Source: a virus
Lineage: Duplodnaviria > Caudoviricetes
Direction: 5' to 3' (one strand)
Length of the DNA: 64,000 nucleotides
Virus record (IMG/VR): IMGVR_UViG_3300042260_000337
Within the stretch, counting starts at the first letter, position 1, and each line of letters starts with the position of its first letter. Under the pieces are notes generated by a model that had not been told where the DNA came from, ran no database searches, and was given only the letters and a program-made list of their open reading frames with translations. The position numbers were made by a program, and so were the translations under genes. Positions 27,609 through 38,700 of this stretch are shown here, in pieces.

Positions 27609-29360
27609 ATGCCAAGAAAAAACTCAAATGATATTGGTTTACCTGAACTTTTAAGACAGGGTAGAAAACGCGCCCAGAATCCAATTTCCAGTAAAATGGA
27701 AAGTGGTATATTCAAGGCAATCACCGTTGGTATACCAGACCCAGAAGGCAGAGGAAGACTTTCTGCCTATGTCCCACGATTAGGTGGAAACCCAGAAAAC
27801 TATCAATTCTTTGAATATGCAAGTCCATTTGGTGGACAAGCAGAAGGAAGTTCTTATGGATTTTTCGCTGCACCACCTCACGCAAACGTAACAATATTGG
27901 TGTTCTTTGCCGAAAATGGAGATATGAGAGAAGGATATTGGTTTGCCGTTACACAACAGGCACCATCTGTTGCATCTGGAGGGGCATTGGGAACCCCTCA
28001 CCCCGACCCACAAACTGGTATTGGGGTTGGAGTTTTTGAAGGCGTTCCAGCGGCAAAAGATGGACGTTCAACGTTACATGATGCACAGCTTGGACCAGAC
28101 GCTTTCAATGCAGATTTACCACCAATGTATTCACCAGATGGTGAAATGATTCCACCGACTGGTGGAAATAGCCCAAGAAACGCAAACGCAGCGGAACAGG
28201 GAACATTCTCTGACGTGTTGCGAGGTGGAACAACTGCACATCCAGCACGTGATCCGTCTTACTCAACCCCACAGCCTTCTCGTGTATTTGGTATGGTTAC
28301 ACCTGGCCAGAGCGCAATCACATTTGATGACGGTAGTGTTGGAGATGATGGGACTATACACCCAACTCAGATACGATTGACTACAGGAAATGGTGCAGCC
28401 GTCATCCTTGACGGAACAAATGATTTTATATACATAGTCAACAGTAGCGGAACTGGTTGGGTTGAAGTCGGCGCAGATGGTGAAGTTTCAATATATGCTA
28501 AGGGTTCAATGAGTGTTCGTGCGGAAAAAGATATAAACTTTCGCGCTGATGAAAACATAAACTTTGATGCTGGAAAGAAAGTAAACATTCGCAGTGGAAA
28601 TGACATGATGTTGACTTCCGCTGGCCAAACACATATGCATAGTGCAGGAAATCAATTTTTCCAAACCGAAGGTTCGAATCACACAAAATCTGGTGCTAAC
28701 ATGTATGTTAGCACAGATGGTGTATTACATTTGAATGGTCCGGCAGCCACTCCTGCACTTAAAGTGTCTGGTGTTTCAATACCCGATATTCAAGGGCATT
28801 CATCCGTTGAAGCACCCGATGTGTCTGTTCCATACATGCCATCAGCGGAACCATACTTACGCCCAGCGCCACCAAGCACTGGGGGTGGTGGAATTGTGCC
28901 AGACCTTGCAAGTTATCAGAGCCAAGCAGATTCATTTAACACTCCATCTACTGGCGCGTTCAACGACCCACAAGCAAGTGCGCCAACTGGCGAAAATGGT
29001 AGACTAGATACCAGCACTCTAAAATCTATTGGTGGGTCGCATCTAATGCGACCAGATGCAGCGGATGCTTACTTGAGAATGGTTGAAGCGGCAAGGGCAG
29101 ATGGAATAACATGGTCTGTCACAGATAGTTATAGAACATATGAACAACAAGTAGATTGCGTGAGAAGAAAAGGACTGTATTCGCAGGGTGGTAAGTGCGC
29201 AAGACCTGGCACTTCACGACATGGTTGGGCATTAGCCGTTGACCTTGGTGGTGGTGCAAACAGTGAATATACACCGCAAAATAACTGGCTAGTAGCAAAC
29301 GCTGGTAGATTTGGATTTAGAACTATCCCTGGCGAGCCTTGGCACTGGCAGTATGGATAA
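27609..29360 (+). CDS. gp5: Baseplate central spike (gp5-like) with C-terminal M15 (VanY-type) Zn peptidase
   Basis: OB-fold PDPEGRGRL, beta-helical repeats, then SYRTYEQQ, PGTSRHGWALAVD (SxHxxxxAxD) and EPWHW. Confidence 0.85.
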   Translation: MPRKNSNDIGLPELLRQGRKRAQNPISSKMESGIFKAITVGIPDPEGRGRLSAYVPRLGGNPENYQFFEYASPFGGQAEGSSYGFFAAPPHANVTILVFFAENGDMREGYWFAVTQQAPSVASGGALGTPHPDPQTGIGVGVFEGVPAAKDGRSTLHDAQLGPDAFNADLPPMYSPDGEMIPPTGGNSPRNANAAEQGTFSDVLRGGTTAHPARDPSYSTPQPSRVFGMVTPGQSAITFDDGSVGDDGTIHPTQIRLTTGNGAAVILDGTNDFIYIVNSSGTGWVEVGADGEVSIYAKGSMSVRAEKDINFRADENINFDAGKKVNIRSGNDMMLTSAGQTHMHSAGNQFFQTEGSNHTKSGANMYVSTDGVLHLNGPAATPALKVSGVSIPDIQGHSSVEAPDVSVPYMPSAEPYLRPAPPSTGGGGIVPDLASYQSQADSFNTPSTGAFNDPQASAPTGENGRLDTSTLKSIGGSHLMRPDAADAYLRMVEAARADGITWSVTDSYRTYEQQVDCVRRKGLYSQGGKCARPGTSRHGWALAVDLGGGANSEYTPQNNWLVANAGRFGFRTIPGEPWHWQYG

Positions 29361-29371
29361 GGAATACTATT

Positions 29372-30013
29372 ATGATATTTGATAAAAGAAAAGGTTCACT
29401 TCTTAATATTATTCAACGTCCGTTGAATGTTATAACTCCATATGGAACATATATAGGATTAGATTATAAAAAGGACAATACACCAAATTATATTCTTTCC
29501 CATGTGAGAGTTAACACATTTAAAGTATCGGACCTTGTATTTTCATATCTGAGTAAAGATTATATAATTCGAAGAAATAAACCCATACTAACACTAACAC
29601 CAGATAACATTATAGGATATAACTATCATGTTTCTGATGTTGAGTTAAAGTATGGGTATATAACTGTTGCATCAAAAAGAATATCAATATCAAACAAGTC
29701 TATAATAAAACTTGAAGCAGATAAAATTCTTGAAAAGCAACTAAGAGTTATTGGAAATATTCTTGACCAACATGTAAAAATGGAACTTGGTCAACCGCAG
29801 TATGATGCTTTATTAGTATACTTTTTTTATGAAGGAACTGATAAAATAGCGGGGCATCCTATCATTGAAATGATAAACAAGGGATTGTGGTTTGATATAA
29901 CTGACGAACTTCAAACTAATATTAGAAGGCAGAATGGCAGAGTTGATGAACAACTTGCCAGACTGCGCATGGATATTGCAAATATTTGGAGTTTTGTTCC
30001 TAATTATAGCTGA
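29372..30013 (+). CDS. Lysozyme-fold (GH24-like) protein, possibly inactive
   Basis: [12 protein letters not shown] and LARLRMD resemble the C-lobe motifs QxQFDAL and LxxRR. No recognisable catalytic E-x8-D-x5-T. Start set at ATG 29372. Confidence 0.5.
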   Translation: MIFDKRKGSLLNIIQRPLNVITPYGTYIGLDYKKDNTPNYILSHVRVNTFKVSDLVFSYLSKDYIIRRNKPILTLTPDNIIGYNYHVSDVELKYGYITVASKRISISNKSIIKLEADKILEKQLRVIGNILDQHVKMELGQPQYDALLVYFFYEGTDKIAGHPIIEMINKGLWFDITDELQTNIRRQNGRVDEQLARLRMDIANIWSFVPNYS

Positions 30014-30633
30014 CTTGAACGGTCAGTAATAACTTTGTCCGCAAGACCCCACGCAACTGCTTCTTCTGCACGAAGGAAGGTGTCATACTTCATAGTTTCA
30101 AACAGTTCTTCAAACGTCTTGCCAGCAGAGTTATGTGAAACATAAATCTCTGTGAGACGCTTGTTCAAATCTTTTGATTCTTGAAGGTGGCGAAGGTTGT
30201 CTTCCATTTCCATTTCTTGAATATGGACAGAACCCCCAGTTCCACGTGTCCCAGAAGAAACACGGTGAATCATGGTGCGAGAGTTTGGAAGAACATAACG
30301 TTTTCCAGCCGCTCCTGCTTGTGCAAGCAATGAACCCATGGATGCAGCCTGACCCATGACCATTGTTGATACATCAGGTTTGATAAACTGCATTGTATCG
30401 TAAATTGCTAGGCCAGCAGTTACATGCCCGCCTGGAGAGTTGATATAAAAATGAATGTCCTTTTCAGGATTGTCGGCTTCAAGGAATAGAAGCTGCGAAC
30501 AAATCAAATCAGCTTGATGATCATCTACCCCGCCAGTCAAAAATACTACCCGCTCTTTCAAAAGACGGGATTTTAGGTCCATCGCTCGTTCTCCACCAGC
30601 GGTGGTTTCCAATACCATTGGAACAAATGTCAT
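30004..30633 (-). CDS. clpP: ClpP protease proteolytic subunit
   Basis: [23 protein letters not shown] (Ser), MIH (His), YDTFL (Asp), EAVAWGLAD. Confidence 0.97.
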   Translation of the reverse strand: MTFVPMVLETTAGGERAMDLKSRLLKERVVFLTGGVDDHQADLICSQLLFLEADNPEKDIHFYINSPGGHVTAGLAIYDTMQFIKPDVSTMVMGQAASMGSLLAQAGAAGKRYVLPNSRTMIHRVSSGTRGTGGSVHIQEMEMEDNLRHLQESKDLNKRLTEIYVSHNSAGKTFEELFETMKYDTFLRAEEAVAWGLADKVITDRSSQL

Positions 30634-30643
30634 ATATTACCTC

Positions 30644-30823
30644 TTATTTTGTTGATAGTTGTTGTTTTAGACGTGTATTTTCTTCAATTAGTTCATCAAT
30701 ACGCTTGTATGCATTTTGAAGTTGTGATTGAAGAATTTTCATTTCATGTTCCATTGTGCCTACCCGTAATCTTGATTCTTGGGCGATGCTCTCGTTGATG
30801 AAATATTGGTTGTCGTAAGTCAT
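30644..30823 (-). CDS. Small coiled-coil hypothetical protein
   Basis: Start set at MTYDNQ (30823) after SD AGGGG. Heptad pattern in the C-terminal half. Confidence 0.65.
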   Translation of the reverse strand: MTYDNQYFINESIAQESRLRVGTMEHEMKILQSQLQNAYKRIDELIEENTRLKQQLSTK

Positions 30824-30950
30824 GGCTGTATGAACCCCCTGTAATTGACAAGACCATCTTGTCAATAATTTCATTGGTTACACGGTAATCCCACGATTCG
30901 TATGATACGGTTAGTGTATAGTTCACAGAAATCTCCATAGTCTAAGGATT

Positions 30951-30979
30951 ACTGTATCACACCGTTATTTATATGTCAA
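30951..30979 (-). promoter_or_regulatory. sigma70 promoter for the clpP cassette, with an overlapping TATAAATA (30966-30973)
   Basis: TTGACA-17 nt-TACAGT with extended TG. Confidence 0.7.
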
Positions 30980-31004
30980 GAAATAAGTTCGTAGTTTATA
31001 CGAA

Positions 31005-31012
31005 GATAAATA
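31005..31012 (+). promoter_or_regulatory. Late promoter GATAAATA for gp25-gp6-wedge
   Basis: 33 nt upstream of ATG 31046 (SD GAGG). Confidence 0.7.
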
Positions 31013-31045
31013 CTCTAACAAGAACAATAAAGGGACGAGGCGAAG

Positions 31046-31405
31046 ATGAAAAGTTATAAAGGGTTCAGCACAAAAAATCCAGCAGCCATCAACAACATCC
31101 TTCAGGGTAAGGATTTGGTGATTGAGGATGTATTGAACGAGATTATGACTCGTAAGGGTGAGCGCATTATGCTTCCAAACTACGGGTGTATCATTCATGA
31201 TTTGATTTTTGAACCTCTGACGCCAGATGTATCTGGACTTATCAAAGAAGATTTGGAACGAATTATAGACAACGACCCAAGAATAGAACTTCTTTCGGAC
31301 ATCACCCTTTTGGAACAAGAACACAGTATTACTGCTACTATGATAGTGAAGATTTTACCAAGTGGCGAAGTTGAACAACTAACAATAGACTTAGAAAGAG
31401 AATAA
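31046..31405 (+). CDS. gp25: Baseplate wedge/sheath initiator, gp25-like
   Basis: TRKGERIMLPNYGCIIHDLIFEP, DPRIEL. Confidence 0.92.
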   Translation: MKSYKGFSTKNPAAINNILQGKDLVIEDVLNEIMTRKGERIMLPNYGCIIHDLIFEPLTPDVSGLIKEDLERIIDNDPRIELLSDITLLEQEHSITATMIVKILPSGEVEQLTIDLERE

Positions 31406-31408
31406 CAA

Positions 31409-34400
31409 ATGGCTCAGGACAGAATAGACAACTTATTTGCAAGCGAAAGCTGGTCAGCGGTATACACTGCTTTCACTAACATAAGCCTCAAAGCATATGA
31501 CTTTGACAACATAAGAGAAGCCCTGCTTACCTATGTTTCTCAGACATATCCTGACAAGTTTAACGATTACATCGCAAGTTCTGAGTTTATCGCAGTTCTT
31601 GACCTTGTTGCGTATCTTGGTCACTCATTGTCTTTCCGTATGGATATGAACAGCCGTGAGAATTTCTTGGATACAGCAGAGCGCAGAGCAAGTATTCTTC
31701 GTCTTGCAAAAAATCTTGGGTATCAAAAAAATCGTCCATTGAACGCCCGTGGATTTATGAAAATCACATCAGTTATGACAAACCAACGCATATTGGATTC
31801 TGACGGAAAGAGCCTACAGTCAAAAAAGATACGTTGGAATGATACCAATAATGAAAATTGGTATGATAACTTCGTTACCATTCTAAACGCCGCCCTACAG
31901 TATAACACCAAAACAAACTCTCCTGCATCTTCGTTGGTTTCAAACGGAATTGTAAACAACATTCATTACGTTAATGAAAATCCAAAATACAAATCAGTTC
32001 GTTATTCTTTCACTGGTAAAGTGGCGGGAGAAACACGTGCGTTTGACGCAGTAAGAGCCGAAATAGATGGAGACATTATAACTGAATCGGAACCAAACAT
32101 CCTGAACAATTTTAGTATTCTTTCAAGAGACGACTCATTCGGTCCATCAAGTGACAGAACAGGTTTCTTTGTCTATGCTAAAGCAGGACAACTAAGATTC
32201 AAGGACTTGAATTACACATCAAAAGTATCAAACAGAATAGAACAGATACTTGACACTGATATTTCGAACAGTGACGTTTGGCTTCAACGAGTTGATAGCA
32301 CAGGTCAATATAGTTCAAGTGTTGCAATCCTTGATAATAGCACACGAGATACCGCCATATACAACTATTTCAGAACAGGAAATGGTGACGTTGCTTCCAT
32401 AAGAACTAATGACGAAAACAGAGTTGAGATCGTATTCCCAGATGGAGTTTACGGTAATTCTGCATACGGACGATACAGATTGTGGTATAGAATTGTTGAC
32501 AATACAAACTTTTCTGTTGACCGTAGCGAAATCAAAAATGCATCAATAGTTATTCCATATATTGGTGAAGACGACAAGCCATATCTGCTTACAGTAACTC
32601 TACAATCAACTGTTGACTTTGTTGATAACTTCGTTGGTGAAAATTACTATAGCGTAAAAAGATTGGCACCAAAGACATATTACACGCAGGACCGAATGGT
32701 CAATGGTCAGGATTATAATATCTTACCGTTGTCTCTTGGTTCAAGTGTGGTCACAAAAGTAAAAGCAGTGAATACTACATTTGCGGGGAACTCACGATAT
32801 TTTGAGATGGATGATGTTACTGGTCACCATTCAACAATATCCGTAACTGGAACTGATGGGTCAATATACATTGAGGATGACCCAGTGCAAATGGAAATGT
32901 TCTTCAACATGGCTAGTGGAGACATTGACAGTTTTATACGAAACGATTTGACCGCCGCAATAAATCATCAGAGTATGGTGAACGCTTATTACTATGAGCA
33001 CCGTTATGACGCTTCTGTCAACATGACTAACATTACATACAATGAATGGCAACGAGACCCAACTGACTTATCTAATAATCTGAAGGGAACATTTAGTAAT
33101 TTTTTCTCTGTCACTCAGGGAGACAGCATAAAAATTGGACATGAGTGGTATACCGTTGTAAAATATGTAGATTCAACTAAGTCAATTACTCTTGACCGCG
33201 TTGCTCCGTATGGCGAGATACTGAAAGAACGTGTCCAAGCATACGAAAGAGTGTTTATTGATTCGGTTGTTGATTCCATAAAATATGAACTTTCCGAAAA
33301 TTTCGTAAATTCATTCTATCTAGTTTATGCGTTTACATTCCCAGAATGTGGAACGACAAATTGGACTATGATGACCGAGAGTGATGTGGCTAGTTTGGGA
33401 GAAGAAGAAGCCGCATTGTTTGCCGACTTGAAAATGAAAATATATGTAAAATACTTACCTGGTATTAGAACAAATGAGTCAAGATTTGTAGTTTCTTTCA
33501 CTGGAAAGAAAATTGTATTTGAGAGTAACGACCAAGTTAAATTCTATTATAGCAATGGAAACAAACAGGTAATTGACAATTCAACTAACTTGGCAAATAC
33601 TGACACTATAATAATAAACTATGCAGAAGGTGAATATCAAGAAACAAGCAACGTAGCAGCTATGTCAAACGTTGGAATGACAGTTGGATTTGGTCCAGTT
33701 GTTAGTATCGATCACGTCAATAATACATTTGACGTGTCGTTTGCATGTGCTGGCGGTCCAGAAAATATGAACTTTATTCAGAATAATGAAACATATTTAA
33801 ATGTGTCTTACAGTCACTATATGGTTTCCCCAGAGTGTGTAGAAAAACAAGTTCCGTCTCCTGCAAATCCAATTGGGACTAGTTCCAATGGTTATATTGT
33901 TACTTTTCCACTTGATACTATTGATGAAACATTGTCCACTACCACAGAAATCGCCACAAACATAAACACCGAAAATACAGATGAATTGAAAATATCTCTT
34001 CACAATGTATCACTTTATGTCGGAACAGGAAACATTGGTAATGTGGGCAACGTAGGAAACGTAGGAAACGTAGGAAATGTAGGAAACGTAGGAAATGTTT
34101 GCGGTAACGTAGGAAATGTTTGCGGCGATGGGGTAGGCAACGTAGGAAATGGTTCATACTATGGAGACGTATATACAGTTATTACCTCAAGTCAGTTGGA
34201 AGGAGTCATGGGCCTTCATGGAAACATAACAATGGATTACATAGACCGAGCGCAGAATGATGGGCATTTCTTCTTTATTGATGAGAGTGAAATGCTATCT
34301 GGTAAAACGTTACAGACAATAGAACTTGGAGACAGAGGAACCCAAGCGCCGTTTGTCACATTAGAATCTGATTCCAATGGCGTTCAAACATTCAAGTTTA

Positions 34401-35788
34401 CGTTTATAAACAATCAAGATTTCAAGTTTTGCTCAGATGATTGTGACATTTTCATCAAGCAAAAAGCATATTCAGAAGTTACATTCATTACTACAGTTAA
34501 TATAACCGCATCTCAGCTTGTGTTCAGAACAGAAAGCGGAAAATTGATAGAACCTGAATATTTTGATGTTATTCTAATTTCTGATGATGTATACCGTGTT
34601 ATATTTTGGTCACCAGATGTTCCAGTTAGCACACTAGTTGATGTCCTATATTCAAATATAGGGGATTCTGAACTATATCGTTTCCACTGCCGAGTAAGGG
34701 CGCAGTTCACAGATGTTGACTATAACATATATAGAGACAAGACATATTCGACAATCGGTTCATACGTGTATGATACTTATCTGACTCCAGAAGGGTATGT
34801 TGATAATACTAAGGTCAAACTAACATCAATGGATAAGTCTGGAAATCCAAATGGACTACTGAATATATTCAAAGATCAGACATCCACTGACCATATGATT
34901 ATAGAAACATATACAAAAAATGATATTACATATACTCGTGCATCAGAATATGCAGTAGTAATTGAAGGAGATGTAAGTATTTCACTTCGTATGCCATCTA
35001 CTGCAAGATTGGCTTACGATATAGAATTTGGTCGTTGGTATAAAAAGGTAGACGGACTATGGGAAATCATGCCAACTACTAGTAGCGATTATACAATCGC
35101 ATCGGACGGAACACTGATATACGCCGGTGTCACATATAAGATTGTGGAAGGTAAAACATTCGTCACTGATAACTACATGAGTTTCCGTTGGGACCATTAT
35201 GCAGATAAGGACAAGCGTATTGACCCAAGCACTTCAAACATCGTAGACGTATATGTTCTATCTTCGGAGTATGTAAGAAAAGTAAATCAGTGGATAGCAA
35301 GCAACTTCAAATCACAGATGCCATCGCCTCCTACATCATATGAGTTGAAAGCGATAATGAGCAAGATAAATGACAAGTCTGCCATTGCAGACCATATAAG
35401 CTATATTCCAGTTCGTTTCAAATACTTGTTTGGTTCATACGCAGAAGAACAAAACCAAGCGGTATTCAAAGTAGTGAAAAGAAAAGGAACACCATATACC
35501 GACAGTGAAATAAAGTCAATGGTATCTGCAAAAGTAAACGAGTATTTCTCAATTGAAAATTGGGATTTCGGAGATACATTCTACTTCTCAGAGGTCGCTG
35601 CATATCTTCATAAAGAACTGAACGAGTATATTGCTTCCGTTGTGATTACTCCTAGATTCTCAAACTACAACTTTGCAGATATGCTAAGTATTACTAGCGA
35701 ACCATACGAGATGTTTTTATCTGTCACCACATCAGCAGACGTAAAAATAATCGATTCAATAACAAAATCAGAACTATCAGGTGGATAA
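31409..35788 (+). CDS. gp6: Baseplate wedge subunit, gp6-like, with a large insertion
   Basis: YDFDNIREAL, NSRENFLDTAERRASILRLAKNLGY, QDRMVNGQDY, WDFGDTFYFSE. Confidence 0.9.
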   Translation: MAQDRIDNLFASESWSAVYTAFTNISLKAYDFDNIREALLTYVSQTYPDKFNDYIASSEFIAVLDLVAYLGHSLSFRMDMNSRENFLDTAERRASILRLAKNLGYQKNRPLNARGFMKITSVMTNQRILDSDGKSLQSKKIRWNDTNNENWYDNFVTILNAALQYNTKTNSPASSLVSNGIVNNIHYVNENPKYKSVRYSFTGKVAGETRAFDAVRAEIDGDIITESEPNILNNFSILSRDDSFGPSSDRTGFFVYAKAGQLRFKDLNYTSKVSNRIEQILDTDISNSDVWLQRVDSTGQYSSSVAILDNSTRDTAIYNYFRTGNGDVASIRTNDENRVEIVFPDGVYGNSAYGRYRLWYRIVDNTNFSVDRSEIKNASIVIPYIGEDDKPYLLTVTLQSTVDFVDNFVGENYYSVKRLAPKTYYTQDRMVNGQDYNILPLSLGSSVVTKVKAVNTTFAGNSRYFEMDDVTGHHSTISVTGTDGSIYIEDDPVQMEMFFNMASGDIDSFIRNDLTAAINHQSMVNAYYYEHRYDASVNMTNITYNEWQRDPTDLSNNLKGTFSNFFSVTQGDSIKIGHEWYTVVKYVDSTKSITLDRVAPYGEILKERVQAYERVFIDSVVDSIKYELSENFVNSFYLVYAFTFPECGTTNWTMMTESDVASLGEEEAALFADLKMKIYVKYLPGIRTNESRFVVSFTGKKIVFESNDQVKFYYSNGNKQVIDNSTNLANTDTIIINYAEGEYQETSNVAAMSNVGMTVGFGPVVSIDHVNNTFDVSFACAGGPENMNFIQNNETYLNVSYSHYMVSPECVEKQVPSPANPIGTSSNGYIVTFPLDTIDETLSTTTEIATNINTENTDELKISLHNVSLYVGTGNIGNVGNVGNVGNVGNVGNVGNVCGNVGNVCGDGVGNVGNGSYYGDVYTVITSSQLEGVMGLHGNITMDYIDRAQNDGHFFFIDESEMLSGKTLQTIELGDRGTQAPFVTLESDSNGVQTFKFTFINNQDFKFCSDDCDIFIKQKAYSEVTFITTVNITASQLVFRTESGKLIEPEYFDVILISDDVYRVIFWSPDVPVSTLVDVLYSNIGDSELYRFHCRVRAQFTDVDYNIYRDKTYSTIGSYVYDTYLTPEGYVDNTKVKLTSMDKSGNPNGLLNIFKDQTSTDHMIIETYTKNDITYTRASEYAVVIEGDVSISLRMPSTARLAYDIEFGRWYKKVDGLWEIMPTTSSDYTIASDGTLIYAGVTYKIVEGKTFVTDNYMSFRWDHYADKDKRIDPSTSNIVDVYVLSSEYVRKVNQWIASNFKSQMPSPPTSYELKAIMSKINDKSAIADHISYIPVRFKYLFGSYAEEQNQAVFKVVKRKGTPYTDSEIKSMVSAKVNEYFSIENWDFGDTFYFSEVAAYLHKELNEYIASVVITPRFSNYNFADMLSITSEPYEMFLSVTTSADVKIIDSITKSELSGG
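34028..34153 (+). repeat. (Gly-Asn-Val)n coding microsatellite in gp6
   Basis: 9-nt GGAAA(C/T)GTA-type tandem units encoding GNIGNVGNVGNVGNVGNVGNVCGNVGNVCGDGVGNVGNG. Confidence 0.95.
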
Positions 35789-35791
35789 AAT

Positions 35792-38700
35792 ATGAAAGAT
35801 AAAGTATACGATTTTCTTCCAGCACATTTAAAAAACAGCGAATTAGAGAACATTTTTAATGCTACTCTGGACCGCGTTTTTTCAAAAGGCAAAGTAGAAA
35901 AAATCAGATCATTTGTGGGTAGAAAAGAAAAGGGTATTTACAATTCCAAAAACTCTTATGTTGAATATCCATTCTCACAATCTTATCGTAATGACTATTC
36001 ATTTGAACCAGTTTATGCAAATCCTAATATACAAGATAATGTATTTTATGATGACCTATTGAACTTAATATACAATAAGGGTGGTTTGATAAATGACCAT
36101 CGTCGTCTGTTTACAAATGAATATTATACTATAAACTTGCCAATTGACGCAGATAAGTTCTGTAATTGGGCGATGTATTATTGGGTATACCCTGGGTTTG
36201 ATGAATCAATATCTGGTTCTAATCTAAAGCATTATGTGACTATTGATAAAAATCAAAACAACTGGTGGGGAGTGAATAACTCTTGGTATCATTTTGATGA
36301 TATAAAAAATTTGTTGACTGTTGATAATAAGCATCTAATCAAGAAGGCGTCTCGTCCTATTATTGAGTTTGATAAAGGACTTGAATTGTCTACAACCAGT
36401 TCTACAAAGCCAATTGAAGACTTGGATTTTGAAGAACCAACCTTCGCATTATATGGACCAACTGGGTTGTCTCAGGAAGGAAGTAAGATTTTCTCATATG
36501 TTACTGGGACTGCCGAAGATTATCCATACGATGCAGAATTGATGCTTTACCCAAAACTGATAGCTGGTGATTACCAGAGTGAATATTCATACATTATTAG
36601 CCTGCCAGAATCATTAACATGTAAATTGAACGGCGATGATTTAAGTATATACATACCAAGCAATTTCAAATACAGAAACGTCCGTCAGGAAAAACCAGAA
36701 GGATTAGTTTCATTCATTAATCTTGAATATGAACCATCATCTGAAAATGACATTGATGTTTATGTAAATGGGGTTCGCCAGATTGGAAATTATTCGTATG
36801 ATAATAGAACAATCACTCTTGATACTCCAACATCGGAATATGTTTATGTTGATTATTCCACTGCTTCTCCGATTGATGAAAAAAAGCCATATACTTTTCA
36901 ACGAGTAAATCCATCAGTTGAATATAACCCTGATGGGGTAAGTCATGTGAACGTTGAGTTTTCATACTCAACTATCTTTGAGCATTTGATTCGTATCATT
37001 GAGACGGCAGTTGGCCTTGAAGGCGAACCAATATCAAGTAGCAACTTTAGAACTTTGATTGGGACAGACAAAACGAAATTGAATGACCAAGGCAGCGTTA
37101 TGATAAAGAGTGGCGTCGATTTAGCGTTTGCTTATTTCGCAATCAACAGAGACGACTTCAACCCATTTGCTGCGGTAGAGTCACTATCAACATACTACAA
37201 TAGTTTCAAAAATAAACTAGTTTTGACCATTCAGGAAATTCTAAAGTCTGCTGACCAAGGCAATAAAACTGACACAGAGATATTAGAAGAAGCACTCAAA
37301 ACAATTTCCATCAACAAAAGCACTGTCTACAAAGTATTTGACAGTGTGTTTATGCTTGATTATGGTGTCAAAAATAATCACTACCAAGAACTGACAGTAA
37401 CAAACGTAGCCGGTTCTCTTGAACAGTTTATGCCACAATTTGACAACCCAGTTGTGAGCGACAGTGATGTGGCAGTATACGTAAATGGTGTAATTCAAAT
37501 ATATGGTCACGATTATACGATATCATCTACTGGTGGAGAAATACTATTCAAAACATATGCCCCATCTTCAACTGACATAATATCGGTTAGAAACTATATT
37601 AATCGTGAAGATTTGCGTATTCCGCCATCATCCGTAAAATTGGGCATCTCTCCTTCATACATACCATCATTTCAAACAGACAATGAATTTTCAGAACCAG
37701 TTGAGTTCATTATAGGACACGATGGGTCAAAAACACCACGTTGGAATGATAGAACAGATAACATCCTACTTGAATACGAAATCCGTGTGTATAACAAACT
37801 GTCAGTATATGAAACAAATATTGACTATATGAACTATGGAGTTTTTTCAACCGCAAACACCGACTATTCATACGCAGAAAAGAATCATATTGCTTATCCA
37901 TTCTTCAAAAAATGGATGGTCAAGAACGAAATAAGCAATATGTATAATGATACTTTCAATCCAAATGATTGGAAGACTTGGAACTACTCTGCTCTCAATT
38001 CAGCACTTCCGGGAAATTGGAGAGGTATATACAGTTATCTATATGGAACCGACAACCCACTTATTGAACCTTGGAAGGCGGCTGGATTAAGCCAGAAGCC
38101 AGAAGACTTTGATATTGACTATGGCCCTGATTACACATCTCCTTCTTTTTGGGCTATGCTTATTTCAGACAATATGCTTGATGTTCCTGTTCCAGTTTAT
38201 ACAAGTGGCGAGTTGAAGTCAATAGATGACTTACTATATAGTGGGTCAATTACAAATCAAGTTATTCAAACTCTGAAATCCGATTGGTATTTTGGTGATG
38301 GCTCACCAGTCGAAATGGCTTGGAAGCGTTCAAGTGAATATTCATTCATTTCGTTTATAGAAATGATGCTTCAACGACCATTTGATGTAATTTCAAAATA
38401 CCGTGATAAAATAAATTACATTGTATCCTTGTATACAAAAATACTTGGCATCAATTTTAATGCGGTGGAAAGAGAAAGAAACAATTACCAATTCAAACTT
38501 GGTTCTAAACTATCTGGATTTGTAAATAACTTTGTCCTTCTAAGTGAAAACGAATCTCTTGTGAACAGTAAATATTCAGAAATTCCATCTGATAATTATA
38601 ATCTGTTTATTCACGCAAGCGTTCCATCGAGAACTGAAAATTTTAGTGCTATCACAATTGAAAGAGTGTCATTGGATAAACAGTATCCAACATATTCAAT

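Noticed and set aside
28671-28680. tRNA T-loop-like GGTTCGAATC (also 56866-56875)
   Set aside because: Both lie inside long CDSs and have no cloverleaf around them.
30744-30938. 64-aa ORF behind the clpP-cassette promoter
   Set aside because: Overlaps the better-supported 30644..30823 ORF by 80 nt and lacks an SD. It cannot be excluded as a near-leaderless gene but is not supportable.
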